The notes: generated by a model from the sequence alone, not told the origin. 64,000 nt of DNA from an uncultured Verrucomicrobiae bacterium (GCA_963813025.1 CAWEXO010000011.1:320001-384000); one strand, 5' to 3'. Numbered from the stretch's first letter, positions 53,850 to 64,000 are shown. Made by a program: numbers and translations.

Positions 53850-54938
53850 ATGAAATTGTCGCTAAAACCCAAACCTGACCGGCGCAAGGATTATGCGTCC
53901 GATGAAGCGAAATGGCAGGCCGTAGTCGCGAAAGACCACCGTGCCGACGGCGTATTCTACTACTCCGTTAAAACGACGGGAGTCTACTGTCGGCCCTCCT
54001 GCTCAGCACGCCCGGCTTTGCGCGAAAACGTGGTTTTTCACGCCTCGACCGAGGACGCCGAGAAGGCAGGATTTCGAGCATGTAAGCGCTGTTCTCCCGC
54101 CGGCCGGACCTTGGCCCAAGAGCACACTGCCACGGTGGCGAAAGCCTGCCGGATCATGGACCATAGCGAGGAGTTGCTGCCGCTGTCGGATATTGCCAAA
54201 CGAGTCGGAATGAGCGCTTTCCATTTTCATCGCGTTTTCAAGGCGAGCACTGGACTGACGCCAAGGGCCTATGCCGTCGCAAACCGGTCACAGCGGGTGC
54301 GTAATAAACTCATCAAAACCGCCAGCGTGACCCAAGCGATCTATGACGCGGGCTTCAACTCGAATGGGCGCTTCTACGCCAAATCCTCGGAGACTCTTGG
54401 GATGACTCCGAAGAGTTTCAAAGCCGGCGGAACAGGAGCGACGATCCGCTTTGCGGTGGGTGAATGCTCACTGGGTTCGATCCTTGTGGCGGCTTCGGAA
54501 AAAGGTGTGTGCGCGATTCTCATGGGCAACGATCCTGACGCGCTCGTCAAGGATCTCCAGGACCGCTTCAGCCAAGCCAACCTAATCGGCGGCGATCGTC
54601 ATTTCGAGAAGACGGTCGCCAAAGTAGTCGGCCTCGTCGAAGCACCGCGCGTCGGATTCGATCTGCCGCTCGATGTGCGCGGCACCGCTTTTCAGCAGCG
54701 GGTCTGGCAGGCGCTCCGGGAAATTCCGGTCGGCACGACGACCACTTACACTGAGGTCGCGGCCCGAATAGGAATGCCGAAAGCGGCTCGAGCTGTGGCC
54801 CAAGCGTGCAGCGCAAACACCCTCGCGGTCGCCATTCCCTGCCATCGTGTCTCGCGGATCGACGGCGATCTTGCGGGATACCGCTGGGGCGTCGAACGCA
54901 AACGAGCACTGCTCGAGCGAGAGAAGGAAGCAGCATGA
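53850..54938 (+). CDS. ada: Bifunctional transcriptional regulator / O6-methylguanine-DNA methyltransferase Ada
   Basis: TTGVYCRPSC, FRACKRC, AraC-type HTH, GTAFQQRVW, IPCHRV. Confidence 0.96.
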   Translation: MKLSLKPKPDRRKDYASDEAKWQAVVAKDHRADGVFYYSVKTTGVYCRPSCSARPALRENVVFHASTEDAEKAGFRACKRCSPAGRTLAQEHTATVAKACRIMDHSEELLPLSDIAKRVGMSAFHFHRVFKASTGLTPRAYAVANRSQRVRNKLIKTASVTQAIYDAGFNSNGRFYAKSSETLGMTPKSFKAGGTGATIRFAVGECSLGSILVAASEKGVCAILMGNDPDALVKDLQDRFSQANLIGGDRHFEKTVAKVVGLVEAPRVGFDLPLDVRGTAFQQRVWQALREIPVGTTTTYTEVAARIGMPKAARAVAQACSANTLAVAIPCHRVSRIDGDLAGYRWGVERKRALLEREKEAA

Positions 54939-54946
54939 CCGCAACG

Positions 54947-56632
54947 TCATCTTTCACGGCGCGCAATGAGCGGTGCGCTGCTCGGAATCGTTCTCTCCCG
55001 CCCTCGCTGTCCGCTCAAGTTCACGAGCAGGATTCGATGAATCTCGGCAATCGTCTGCCGGTTGTTCAGCGCGGCGTGACCGGTCGGGACGATCTTCTCC
55101 GATTGTGCTCCCGCCAGATGCGAACTCCAGTAAGGAACCACGCCGTCACTGCTATTCGGCGAATTCCCCCGACCCCGGTCGGCAATAATCGAGTGATAGG
55201 GAACGCGAGGGTCGATCGGCAGTTTGTTCATTGCGACCAGGAACCGGTTGGTGGGCGATAGGGTATCGATGCTGGTCGGAAAACGCGGTCTGCGGGCAGA
55301 GTCTTGGGGGTTCACCAGGAACTTCGCCGTCTCTACGCCAAGCGATACCATCCTCTCCGGCAGACTCACCAGCATGATCGCGAGCCGGCCAACAATGTTC
55401 GCCGCTAGACCTGATCCTCGATGCGGAGTTGCCACAAACACCACGCGCCCAACATCCGGTCGGCGCTGAAAAATAAGCATGGCTTCCAGTTTTTCCCTAT
55501 CCGTCGGATTCATTGGCAATTCAGCCGGTCGTTTTTGGAAATAAGCGTCCCAGATGTGATAACCGCTGTTCGTAACCGTCAGGCGCGAGATTAACCCGCC
55601 CATGCTATGTCCCACCAGCACGATTCCCCGGTGGTCCGGATAGGTCTGGTCGATCCGATCTAACTCGTTCCGCAGAAGGTCGGCGGAGTAGGGAAAAGGA
55701 TAACCGCTCGGGTAACTGAAAACCCAGAGTTGATAGTTCCGGTTGATCACCGGATCCGCTCGCAGACCGTTAATGACTGGCGCCCAGCTAGCCGGGGTAT
55801 CCTGCAGACCGTGAATGAAAATCACCGGGATTCTTCGCGGATCGTATGGTTGCAGCCTAATCAGCCGGGCCGTGTGGGCGAAACGTTCCGGACGAAGCAT
55901 GCGAATAAGACCCAAACGCTGCGGTCGGAACCTAACCAGCAGCATCGCCGGCCCGACCGAAAAATCAGCGGCCAACGGAACGGTGCGCTCTCCCAACCGA
56001 ACCCAGTCGGAAGCCAAAGGATCTCTTACTACGAGCCGGACTTCTTGACGCCGGAAGTCAAGCAACGCGGTCATGCCGTAGTCCAGCTTGTCAGAGTGCA
56101 GCCGGCCTTCCTGGTAGAGTTCCAAGGCGTTGCTGCTCTGTGCCACCACAGGTGCCCCGATCCCGGGACGCTGGACCCGCCGGGCAAAGAAGACCCCGCG
56201 GATATCAAGTTCATCCGCGGGTACGAAGTTGGTTGTGTGCGGATCCGAAAACGGTCGCAGATCGCTGGCAAATGTCAGACGACGAACAGCTTCGCCAAAA
56301 CCGACCAGCGTATGGCCGGCGTCCGCCAGTTTACCGTTTGTTTGCAAGAGCGAAACGGTCCGGCCAACGGCGTAGTTGTAGATTTGCCGGGCAGCCTCCT
56401 CGTTCGGGTTCTGCTGGAGTCGCCGCCAAGCGTTCTCCGATATACTCAGTTCGCGCGCGAGCGCCTGTGTCGGCGCCGTTCTTGCCTCCAGTCGAGTCGG
56501 AAACTCGCTCTGGGCGAAGGCACCGACCGGAGGCGCGGGCTGGACGTTCTTCACCCTTGCCAGCGGAGCACACCCCGCCGCCGCGCCCAGCCAAATGAGA
56601 AAGAATATTCTTCCCGTTGCGTTCATTTGCAT
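54947..56632 (-). CDS. Alpha/beta hydrolase lipoprotein
   Basis: Lipobox-like AAAGC, PVIFIHGL, VGHSMGG nucleophile elbow, TPHRGS, DGVVPYWSSHL. Confidence 0.85.
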   Translation of the reverse strand: MQMNATGRIFFLIWLGAAAGCAPLARVKNVQPAPPVGAFAQSEFPTRLEARTAPTQALARELSISENAWRRLQQNPNEEAARQIYNYAVGRTVSLLQTNGKLADAGHTLVGFGEAVRRLTFASDLRPFSDPHTTNFVPADELDIRGVFFARRVQRPGIGAPVVAQSSNALELYQEGRLHSDKLDYGMTALLDFRRQEVRLVVRDPLASDWVRLGERTVPLAADFSVGPAMLLVRFRPQRLGLIRMLRPERFAHTARLIRLQPYDPRRIPVIFIHGLQDTPASWAPVINGLRADPVINRNYQLWVFSYPSGYPFPYSADLLRNELDRIDQTYPDHRGIVLVGHSMGGLISRLTVTNSGYHIWDAYFQKRPAELPMNPTDREKLEAMLIFQRRPDVGRVVFVATPHRGSGLAANIVGRLAIMLVSLPERMVSLGVETAKFLVNPQDSARRPRFPTSIDTLSPTNRFLVAMNKLPIDPRVPYHSIIADRGRGNSPNSSDGVVPYWSSHLAGAQSEKIVPTGHAALNNRQTIAEIHRILLVNLSGQRGRERTIPSSAPLIARRER

Positions 56633-56739
56633 GCCACGACTCGTCCAAAAATCCGTTGTAGTTTGCGCAACGAGCAGCAAATGACAACTAGCGCCCCTTG
56701 CATCGCATCGATTTTCGACCCATGGGACGCACAGGACTC

Positions 56740-57894
56740 ATGGCTTTTCAACTGCTCGTCAACGATTCCGCGACCAAAGCACGGTATGGCCGTCTAACGA
56801 CCGCTCACGGCCAGATCGAGACTCCCGCCTTTATGCCGGTGGGCACCCAGGGGACAGTGAAGGCCACAACACCGGCCGAACTCGAAGAGGTCGGAACCCA
56901 GATCATCCTCGGCAACACTTATCATCTCTTTCTGCGACCTGGCTTGGAGGTGATAGAACACTTTGGAGGTCTCCACCGTTTTATGGATTGGTCCCGGCCT
57001 ATCCTGACTGACAGCGGCGGGTTCCAAGTGTTTTCTCTCGCTAAGTTGCGGCGGCTAACCGAGGACGGGGTGCATTTCAACAATCACCTCGACGGATCTC
57101 CCTGCTTTTTGAGTCCAGAGATCGCGATGGAGATCCAGACGGCGCTCGGTTCAGATATCGCCATGGTCCTGGATGAGTGCCCGCCCTACCCATGTGACCA
57201 CGACTACGCGGACACTAGTCTTGAGCGCACTCTGCGTTGGGCCGCCCGTTGTCGCGAATGGCATAGCCGGAGCACCGGCGATCAACGACCCCTCCTTTTT
57301 GGGATCGTCCAAGGTGCGATCTACCAGGATCTGCGGGAACGCAGCGCAGTCCGTCTGCGAAAACTGGATTTCGACGGATATGCCATCGGGGGAGTCAGCG
57401 TCGGTGAACCACAGACGGAAATGCTGCGCGCGATCGAGAGTTCGGAGCCACATCTACCGGCGGAAAAACCGCGCTACGCCATGGGCTTGGGAACGCCGCC
57501 CCAAATCGTCGAAATGGTCGCCCGAGGCGTTGACATGTTCGATTGTGTGCTGCCGACTCGACTGGCGCGCAATGGCACCGCCTTTGCCGCCCGAGGTACG
57601 ATCAATTTGAAGAATAATCCGTTTCGTTTAGACAAAGGTCCGATCGAAGATGGTTGTGCGTGTTCCACTTGCCGTGACTTCAGCCGTGGTTATATCCGGC
57701 ATCTCATTAAGGCCGAGGAGATACTCGGGTTGCGCCTGATTACGATTCATAATCTCCATTTCTATTTGTCATTGATGAAGCACATCCGTGTCGCGATCAC
57801 GGAAGGCACTTTTCAGAATTTTCGTGAACAATTCGTTGCGAATTACCGGACTCGTGATTCAGAGAACAATGAGCCGCAAACCCCGGACTCCTGA
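56740..57894 (+). CDS. tgt: tRNA-guanine(34) transglycosylase
   Basis: TPAFMPVGTQGTVK, NTYHL, LTDSGGFQVFSL, GVDMFDCVLPTR, C.CSTC..H zinc site. Confidence 0.97.
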   Translation: MAFQLLVNDSATKARYGRLTTAHGQIETPAFMPVGTQGTVKATTPAELEEVGTQIILGNTYHLFLRPGLEVIEHFGGLHRFMDWSRPILTDSGGFQVFSLAKLRRLTEDGVHFNNHLDGSPCFLSPEIAMEIQTALGSDIAMVLDECPPYPCDHDYADTSLERTLRWAARCREWHSRSTGDQRPLLFGIVQGAIYQDLRERSAVRLRKLDFDGYAIGGVSVGEPQTEMLRAIESSEPHLPAEKPRYAMGLGTPPQIVEMVARGVDMFDCVLPTRLARNGTAFAARGTINLKNNPFRLDKGPIEDGCACSTCRDFSRGYIRHLIKAEEILGLRLITIHNLHFYLSLMKHIRVAITEGTFQNFREQFVANYRTRDSENNEPQTPDS

Positions 57895-57933
57895 CCGGCT
57901 TTAAATGCGATAAACGGCACCAATCATTCCCGC

Positions 57934-58911
57934 ATGAGATATTGCCCAATTCCGAATACTAACCTCCACCCCTCAGTGATCTGCCTTGGCACCGGGGCAA
58001 TGGGGGGAGGGGGAATCGATGATGCCAATTCCTTTGCTCTCCTGGATCACTTTGTTGCCGCCGGAGGCAATCTCATCGACACCGCGCTGGTCTACTCCGA
58101 TTGGATTCCGGGAACGCGAAACCGCAGCGAAAAGCTGATCGGCCGCTGGCTCAAGGAGCGCGGTTGCCGCGATGAAATCCTGTTGTCGACCAAGGGTGCG
58201 CACCCGGTCTTAGAGACAATGCATATTCCGCGAATGAGTCGCGTGGAGATTGAAAACGATCTTCACACGAGTTTAGGCAACCTCGGCATTGATCACGTCG
58301 ACCTCTACTGGTTGCACCGCGATGCTCCCCTCATTCCAACCGAGGAAATTTTGACCGTGTTGGATCGCTTACGCAGTGCCGGAAAAATCCGCTACTATGG
58401 GATCTCGAACTGGCAAGTCGGCCGAGCGGAGGAAGCCCGTCAAGTGGCCGCTCGGGCCAGCATGGCCGGAATTGTTGCCACTCAGAATTTTTGGAGTCTG
58501 GCCCAAGTCAATTTGAACTCAGCCGACCCAACCTGGGCGATCATGGACGACGACTATATTCGCTGGCATGAGAAAAACGGTATGGCCGCGTTCGCCTACA
58601 CACCGCTGGCCAGTGGTTATTTCCGGCGACTTGAGCGAGGTACTCTCGACCAGGCCAATCCGACGATGCGGTCGCTCTTTGATTTGCCTGTCAATCGGCA
58701 GCGATTCGAGCGACTGCAGGCCTTGCAACGAGAGACGGGATTCCCCATTACCCAGTTGCTCCTCGGATACCTTCTCAGTCGGGATTTTCCCGTATTTCCG
58801 ATCGTTGGACCGCAGAAACTGGAGGACCTCGAAGAGGCGCTCAGCGCGGCTGAGATCAAACTGAGTGCTACTCAACGCGACTCGCTGCTGAATTCCAACG
58901 AACTTTCTTAG
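57934..58911 (+). CDS. Aldo/keto reductase
   Basis: SVICLGT, IDTALVY, STKG, DLYWLHRD, GKIRYYGISNW, YTPLASG. Confidence 0.92.
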   Translation: MRYCPIPNTNLHPSVICLGTGAMGGGGIDDANSFALLDHFVAAGGNLIDTALVYSDWIPGTRNRSEKLIGRWLKERGCRDEILLSTKGAHPVLETMHIPRMSRVEIENDLHTSLGNLGIDHVDLYWLHRDAPLIPTEEILTVLDRLRSAGKIRYYGISNWQVGRAEEARQVAARASMAGIVATQNFWSLAQVNLNSADPTWAIMDDDYIRWHEKNGMAAFAYTPLASGYFRRLERGTLDQANPTMRSLFDLPVNRQRFERLQALQRETGFPITQLLLGYLLSRDFPVFPIVGPQKLEDLEEALSAAEIKLSATQRDSLLNSNELS

Positions 58912-58929
58912 ACTCTTTTTTTCGAGAAA

Positions 58930-59020
58930 GCAGGCAGACCTCTCCGGCCTAGCCGAAGAGGTCTGCTGCCCCAGCCGGGATCGCTCGCAAATCTTTGAGG
59001 ATTTGCGAGCGATCCCGGCT
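58930..59020. terminator. Two tandem hairpins after the AKR gene (terminator or REP-like)
   Basis: GCAGACCTCT..AGAGGTCTGC stem; then a perfect 21-bp inverted repeat AGCCGGGATCGCTCGCAAATC-tttgag-GATTTGCGAGCGATCCCGGCT (58973-59020). Confidence 0.6.
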
Positions 59021-59035
59021 AAGGCGTTTCTTTTC

Positions 59036-59063
59036 TTGACAACGTGCGGACACCGGCCACAGT
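59036..59063 (+). promoter_or_regulatory. Candidate sigma70 promoter of rpoZ-smpB
   Basis: TTGACA-16 nt-CACAGT about 40 nt upstream of the ATG. Confidence 0.45.
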
Positions 59064-59105
59064 TCCACCTCCCAAACTCGCTCTCCGAGAATGGGCCCGC
59101 TGTCT

Positions 59106-59330
59106 ATGTCTACTCAACTGCTCGAAGAAGCCTCGCGAACAATCGTTAATACCGCAATTTTGGTCAATCTTGTGTCCAAGCGCGTTCGCCAGCTAAGCTC
59201 GGGTCATCGTCCTCTGGTCGAGGTCGGTCCCCGCATGTCGTTCGCCGACATCGCTCTCAAGGAGATCATCGAAGGCAAGCTCACCTTCGAGCGCATCACC
59301 GCCGAAGAAGAACAAGTAGTTGCCGTCTAG
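59106..59330 (+). CDS. rpoZ: RNA polymerase omega subunit
   Basis: LVNLVSKRVRQL..G.RPLV..DIALKEIIEGKL. Confidence 0.85.
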   Translation: MSTQLLEEASRTIVNTAILVNLVSKRVRQLSSGHRPLVEVGPRMSFADIALKEIIEGKLTFERITAEEEQVVAV

Positions 59331-59389
59331 CCTGCATCGCTCGTTGTTACGTTTGACCCTCGATCTGATCGTGAAAGGCCCAGTCAGCA

Positions 59390-59848
59390 ATGCCAGCCGA
59401 CATCGCCAATAACCGGCGCGCTTTTCATAACTATCACATCCTGGAAAAGCTCGAGGCCGGAATTGAACTACAGGGAACGGAGGTAAAGTCAATCCGCGCC
59501 GGACTGGCTACCCTCAATAATGCCTTCGCCCGGGTCGAAGGAAAGGAGGCGTTCCTCTACGACGCGGATATTCAACCCTACGAGCGAGCCAGTCACTCGC
59601 AGCATGAACCGAAACGGAAGCGGAGGTTGCTCCTTCATCGGTCTGAGATCGATCGTCTCGCCACCGCCAACGCCGTCCGGGGCCAAACTCTGGTCGCCCT
59701 ACGTTTGTATTGGAAAAACCATCGTGTAAAAGTCGAACTCGGTATTGGCCGGGGCAAGGATAGCGGCGATAAGCGCGAAGATCTCAGGGAGAAAGCAGTT
59801 CGCCGGGAAACCGAGCGAGCCGCCTCGGACTTCAACAAGCGGCGTTAA
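59390..59848 (+). CDS. smpB: SsrA-binding protein
   Basis: IANNRRAFHNY..EAGIELQGTEVKSIR, RKRRLLLH, GRGK..DKRE. Confidence 0.97.
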   Translation: MPADIANNRRAFHNYHILEKLEAGIELQGTEVKSIRAGLATLNNAFARVEGKEAFLYDADIQPYERASHSQHEPKRKRRLLLHRSEIDRLATANAVRGQTLVALRLYWKNHRVKVELGIGRGKDSGDKREDLREKAVRRETERAASDFNKRR

Positions 59849-59863
59849 TTTAACAGAGCCTCC

Positions 59864-59990
59864 CGAGTCCCGGGTAGCGAGTCCCGGGTTCTGAGTCGCG
59901 GGTTGCGGGTTGCGATTTTGAGTTCTCCTTTCTCCCCTGCGTCCTCACCACGCAACTCGCGCGACACGGGACTCGGGACTCGAGACTACG
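59864..59990. repeat. Inverted pair of CGRGTNN heptamer arrays between convergent genes
   Basis: cgagtcc cgggtag cgagtcc cgggttc tgagtcg cgggttg cgggttg (59864-59912); caactcg..ggactcg ggactcg agact (59953-59990). Confidence 0.8.
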
Positions 59991-59996
59991 AACGCC

Positions 59997-60587
59997 CTAT
60001 CGTCTCTTCCGACTCGGTAGATCTGCCAAAGTCTTTTCTATCACCGCCTTGACCCGGGCACGCAGCTTATCCGTCGGCAGGGAACGATCGAGCGCTGCCG
60101 TCGAGTACCCCCGCCAGATGATCCGGCGTTGACGTGGATCGATTAAGTCGATGATAAGCGTTCCAGATGCCGCTTCCCCTGGCCGCTTCGGGTTTTGAAA
60201 CCGGGCGAGGTCCGCTTGCGTTTCCTCGCCCGGACTGAGGCTGTAGCCCGAGTAGTTGTCCAGCGTGGTAACTGATTCACCCTCTTTCAGGACGATATGA
60301 AAAGCGACCAGGAAATCGGTTTGACGGGTTGGAAAAAAGCGATAGCCCTTCGCGTTGAGAGCCGCCACGATATCCTGCCCGATCTGGTTCCGCCAGTACG
60401 CGCTGTTGGAAACCGCCTCGGCCGCGGTCAAGCTCTTATCCGGTACGAAGCGGAAGGTCGTTCGTCCCGCAAAGTTCGCGTCGGGCGCCTGGTGGCTGGC
60501 TGTTCGCACGCCGCTGGCGCAACCGGTCAATAGTAGTACCAGCATTGAGCAAGTCGCCAGCAGATAACGGGAAAAAGGTTTTTTCAT
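59997..60587 (-). CDS. DUF4136-like lipoprotein
   Basis: Lipobox LTGC, ANFAGRTTF, L.AKGY, GTLIIDLID..IIWRG. Confidence 0.82.
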   Translation of the reverse strand: MKKPFSRYLLATCSMLVLLLTGCASGVRTASHQAPDANFAGRTTFRFVPDKSLTAAEAVSNSAYWRNQIGQDIVAALNAKGYRFFPTRQTDFLVAFHIVLKEGESVTTLDNYSGYSLSPGEETQADLARFQNPKRPGEAASGTLIIDLIDPRQRRIIWRGYSTAALDRSLPTDKLRARVKAVIEKTLADLPSRKRR

Positions 60588-60770
60588 AACGAGAGACTTT
60601 GAAGACTGGAAGTCGACATAGATGAATCAAGCTTTTTAAGCGGACTTTTTCCCGCTTGTTCTATTTTTTCGAAAGACTCTGTACCGCGAGGCCGCAGACA
60701 GCGGTTAGCCAGATTCCAATGCCGCCCTTTTCCGGCAAAACTCGTCGGTCTGAGGCGCGGCCCTCCCTGA

Positions 60771-63380
60771 TCATACCATCTTCGTTTCGCGTTTTGCTTC
60801 GTCTTCCGCGCTACTTCCCGGGCCGGGTCGTGGAACTTCCCGGGAGCTCGTTTCTTCCCCCGTCAACCGCTTTTGGTGCAAGAAGGCGAATGCGGGAACA
60901 ATGTAGAAAAAAGTTGTGACCAAACACCAGGTGATCCCCAGTGCGCAAACCGTTCCTAAACCGCTTAAGGCGGGATTCTGCGCCGGCACGAGCACGGCAA
61001 ATCCGGCGATCGCGGTCAGTCCACAGATGGAAAGAGCCTTTAAGACGTTTGCCAGGTTCTCCGACAACACTCCTTCGCGCCGGCTCACGATTAAAAACTG
61101 GATTCCGTGATCTACCCCGATGGCCAACACCAAGGGAAAAGCCAGTGCATTGAGCAAGTTAATCGAAACATGGAGCACTTTGAGCGACGCCACGAGAGCC
61201 AGCATCGACAGTATCAAAGCTGACGAATGCACGAGCCAAAGAGAGAATCGGCGAAACACGATCCATAGCAAAAGCAGAATAAGGACCGCGACACTGACGG
61301 TGAAACTGATCAGCTCGCCTCTGGCCCACGGAACGAGATCGAACAGGGTAAACGTCCATCCAGTGACTATCGCCCCCGGATCGATGCGGTGAATCAGATC
61401 GCCCAATCTCCGTTGGTCAGCTTCGGAACTCAACGGCTGGGTCGGTCGCACAAACCCAACCCCGAGCGTGGGCGTTTCGGCAGAGAAGTATCGCTCGACA
61501 AAAAACCACCAGGGCGACTTCTCCGGGAACAGACTTTCCCAGTTCGGAATGCCCGTCTGCGTCTTTTCTGCCTCAAGCGCATGCAACATATCGAAAATGC
61601 CTTGGAAAGCGCTGATCCGAAAACCGTTCTTCTGCAACGTCTCCCGCACGATCGCCTCGACTGCGCGAAAATCGATGCCTTTCAAGTAAGCGCGATTCTC
61701 CGAAAAGTTGCGGGGCGAAAAGGCCAGAGCAACTGGTGTGCTGACGTATTTCAATTCGCCACGGCGCTGCGCCTCTTCCAGGCCTGCACTCAATTTTTGC
61801 CAGCGATCGTGAAACTCCTGCGGGTCGTGGGCTTTGACCAGAATGGTGATCGGATCCGACTCTTGCTTCAGTTTGTCCCCAATGATCCGCAAGGCGATTG
61901 ACGCGGGGCTGCGCTTCGGCTCTAAGGAGCGCGGATTGGTATCAAACTTGAGGGGGATGACGGGGGTAATCGCTACGGCCGCGCCGACTAAAAGCACCGT
62001 TAAAGAGATCGCGAGAAGCCGGCGCGGACGTCGAAAAACCGCGACCACGAATTTTCCCGCACCAACCAGCATGAAGTCCGCGTGCGTCGGCACTTTCACC
62101 GGCTTAAAGAACAAGAACAAAAACAGAATCGAGAACAACCCGGCAAAGCCCACCCCTAAAGCGACCAGCGTTCCGAGTTGAGAAAACCCCGCACTCTGGC
62201 TAAAGTTCAAAGCCAGAAAACCAATCGCGGTCGTCAGGACAACGTAAAAGATGGCTGCGCCAATATCGCGAACTGAAACAAAGACCGCTTCTGCGTGGCT
62301 GCTTCCGGCGCGCCGCGCCTGCAGATAGCGCCCGAAGAGCAGGAAACTGAAATCGACCCCGATCCCAATCAAGATCGAACAGAACCCAATCGCGATCATG
62401 TTCAGGTTGCGGAGCAAGAGCATGCCGATCGCCAGGGCTACCGCGGTGGAAAGAGCTAGCACGAGGCAAATACCCACCAGAGGAAGAACCCGTCGGAATG
62501 CGAGGTAAAACAATCCACTCACGATGATCATTGAAAGCACCGAACTCAGCACAGCATCGTGATCCATGCTCCGCGAGATCTCGGCGACATAAGCGGTGCG
62601 GCCGGTGATCAAAACCCGCGGCTTGTAACCAGGCCAAGTGCTCAGGATCTTGTCCCGGAACTGGTTGACCTGGTCCATCATGCGCTGGCATTCCTTGGCC
62701 CCCAAATCGGGTTGATTCAGTGTAACAAGACCGATCTGGAGCAGACCGTCATCGGAAGCCAAGCTGCTTCCCTGATCCATCGACGACGACGAACCGAAGG
62801 GCTTCATCGCGCGCGCGAACAGCCCCAGCGGATCGATTTGCACTTCGTACTGGGACGAAAGCGAGTCCCCGCTCAAGGTCTCTCGTAATCGGGCGAGCCG
62901 CTCCTCGATTGTTCGCGGGTTCAGGTCCCCCATCGCCTCTCGAAAATCCGCCGGAGGCAAATTCAGGAGGAGACTCGGCTCCAGCGCCCTGATTTGTTGC
63001 AAACCCTCCTCCGTATCCAGGGGGATTCGGTCGAACGTGCGGAGCACCCACGGTTGCTTTCGCAACTCTCTCATAAAATGTTCGCGAACGGCATCGAGAT
63101 CGTCGGCATGCCCCGGCTCAGCCAGAAAACCAAACAACAGCTGTCGCGCCTGGGAAAATTCGCTGTTGAATACTCGCAAGCCAACTACCGAAGGGAATTT
63201 CTTCGGTAAAAGATTCAGGACTTCTGAATCAAGCTTGCTTTGCGTCGTGATGACCATCAGCGCCAACGCGGCCAGAACAATCGCCAGCAGGACCAATAAC
63301 CTCGTGCGGGTGGCAACAATCCTGGCCAGAAACGCAGTCAGTTTTCGTGCGAAGCTAGTCAACACAGAACTCGAATTCAT
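60771..63380 (-). CDS. MMPL/RND family transporter
   Basis: Two halves each with a periplasmic loop and TM bundle; GIGVDF and AIGVDH motifs. Confidence 0.88.
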   Translation of the reverse strand: MNSSSVLTSFARKLTAFLARIVATRTRLLVLLAIVLAALALMVITTQSKLDSEVLNLLPKKFPSVVGLRVFNSEFSQARQLLFGFLAEPGHADDLDAVREHFMRELRKQPWVLRTFDRIPLDTEEGLQQIRALEPSLLLNLPPADFREAMGDLNPRTIEERLARLRETLSGDSLSSQYEVQIDPLGLFARAMKPFGSSSSMDQGSSLASDDGLLQIGLVTLNQPDLGAKECQRMMDQVNQFRDKILSTWPGYKPRVLITGRTAYVAEISRSMDHDAVLSSVLSMIIVSGLFYLAFRRVLPLVGICLVLALSTAVALAIGMLLLRNLNMIAIGFCSILIGIGVDFSFLLFGRYLQARRAGSSHAEAVFVSVRDIGAAIFYVVLTTAIGFLALNFSQSAGFSQLGTLVALGVGFAGLFSILFLFLFFKPVKVPTHADFMLVGAGKFVVAVFRRPRRLLAISLTVLLVGAAVAITPVIPLKFDTNPRSLEPKRSPASIALRIIGDKLKQESDPITILVKAHDPQEFHDRWQKLSAGLEEAQRRGELKYVSTPVALAFSPRNFSENRAYLKGIDFRAVEAIVRETLQKNGFRISAFQGIFDMLHALEAEKTQTGIPNWESLFPEKSPWWFFVERYFSAETPTLGVGFVRPTQPLSSEADQRRLGDLIHRIDPGAIVTGWTFTLFDLVPWARGELISFTVSVAVLILLLLWIVFRRFSLWLVHSSALILSMLALVASLKVLHVSINLLNALAFPLVLAIGVDHGIQFLIVSRREGVLSENLANVLKALSICGLTAIAGFAVLVPAQNPALSGLGTVCALGITWCLVTTFFYIVPAFAFLHQKRLTGEETSSREVPRPGPGSSAEDEAKRETKMV

Positions 63381-63466
63381 TCAGGCCGGCCGCCGGAGCT
63401 CACGCCCGGAAGCGAGCAACTTCATAAGACATCTGTCGCCTGTCCGCAATGGGCAATCAAGGGCAT

Positions 63467-63489
63467 GTAGCACGGACGGCCTCGTCCGT
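63467..63489 (+). repeat. Single GTAG-family REP, same family as 8156/8304
   Basis: GTAGCACGGACGGCCTCGTCCGT versus GTAGCGCGGACGACCTCGTCCGT (21/23). Confidence 0.7.
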
Positions 63490-63580
63490 ATTCCCGTAGC
63501 TGATCCATGACGCGCTAACCCTGGCCCCTCCTGCCATCCTTGTCTTTTCCCTAAATGAGGTACGATAAGGTGTTTAAGCC

Positions 63581-64000
63581 ATGACACCTGAGCTGGTTCC
63601 TTTTCGCGGATTTTCGCCCACCGGACTCCAGTTCCTCCGTGACTTAGCCAACAACAATAATCGAGAATGGTTTCAGGCCCGCAAAGCAATTTACCAGACA
63701 GAACTTCAAGACGTTCTGCGAGATCTGGTCGTCCGGACGACTCAACTTCTGCAAAAGGCCAAAGTGCCCTTGCGCGCCGACCCGAAGCGGTCCCTCTTCC
63801 GGATTTACCGGGATATCCGTTTTTCCCCAGATAAAAGGCCTTATAAAACGCACGTGAGCGCCGTCTTCGATCGCGAACTTACCAAAGGGGGTGACGGCAT
63901 CCTGTATGTGCACATTGACCCGACTCGTTCTTTCGCCGCTCTGGCCTTTTACCAACCCGCTACCGCCAAGCTGACGCGGTTGCGTGAAGCGATTGTGGAT
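63581..64000 (+). CDS. DUF2461 (TIGR02453-like) protein, runs off window end
   Basis: Manual translation: MTPELVPFRGFSPTGLQFLRDLANNNNREWF..SLFRIYRDIRFSPDKRPYKTH. Confidence 0.9.
   Translation, partial: MTPELVPFRGFSPTGLQFLRDLANNNNREWFQARKAIYQTELQDVLRDLVVRTTQLLQKAKVPLRADPKRSLFRIYRDIRFSPDKRPYKTHVSAVFDRELTKGGDGILYVHIDPTRSFAALAFYQPATAKLTRLREAIVD

Noticed and set aside
59849..59996. tmRNA (ssrA) next to smpB
   Set aside because: Gap is only about 150 bp, is filled with heptamer arrays and lacks tRNA-like ends.

Overview
Bacterial chromosomal window, probably Verrucomicrobiota (Chthoniobacterales/Spartobacteria-like). This is inferred from the str operon without tuf (rpsL-rpsG-fusA-rpsJ), the rpoZ-smpB pair, mqnC and DUF5069. 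Most of it is housekeeping: str/S10 ribosomal protein operon, RNase P RNA, cysK, bactofilins, gyrB-gyrA, skp-bamA, mqnC, ruvB, mlaEFD, hrpB, a DEAD-box helicase, purC, PPK2, ada, tgt, rpoZ-smpB and an MMPL transporter. An accessory block at about 35.4-51 kb holds a decaying hexuronate cluster (GntR, uxaE, an intact IS630, a nonsense-interrupted ExuT-like MFS, an internally deleted GH28), an IS630 remnant and an AaeXA/FUSC efflux module. Frameshifts cluster in essential genes (1-6 kb, gyrA, bamA) and are best read as assembly errors. The most unusual content is intergenic. A ~250-bp long-inverted-repeat element occurs four times; it sits at gene 3' ends and supplies the C-terminal residues and stop codons of four genes. 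Several unrelated 6-9-mer tandem arrays occur as inverted pairs around unique cores, and there are GTAG/GGAG REP doublets. No cognate mobiliser for any of these is visible in the window. All family assignments come from motif recognition, not database searches.
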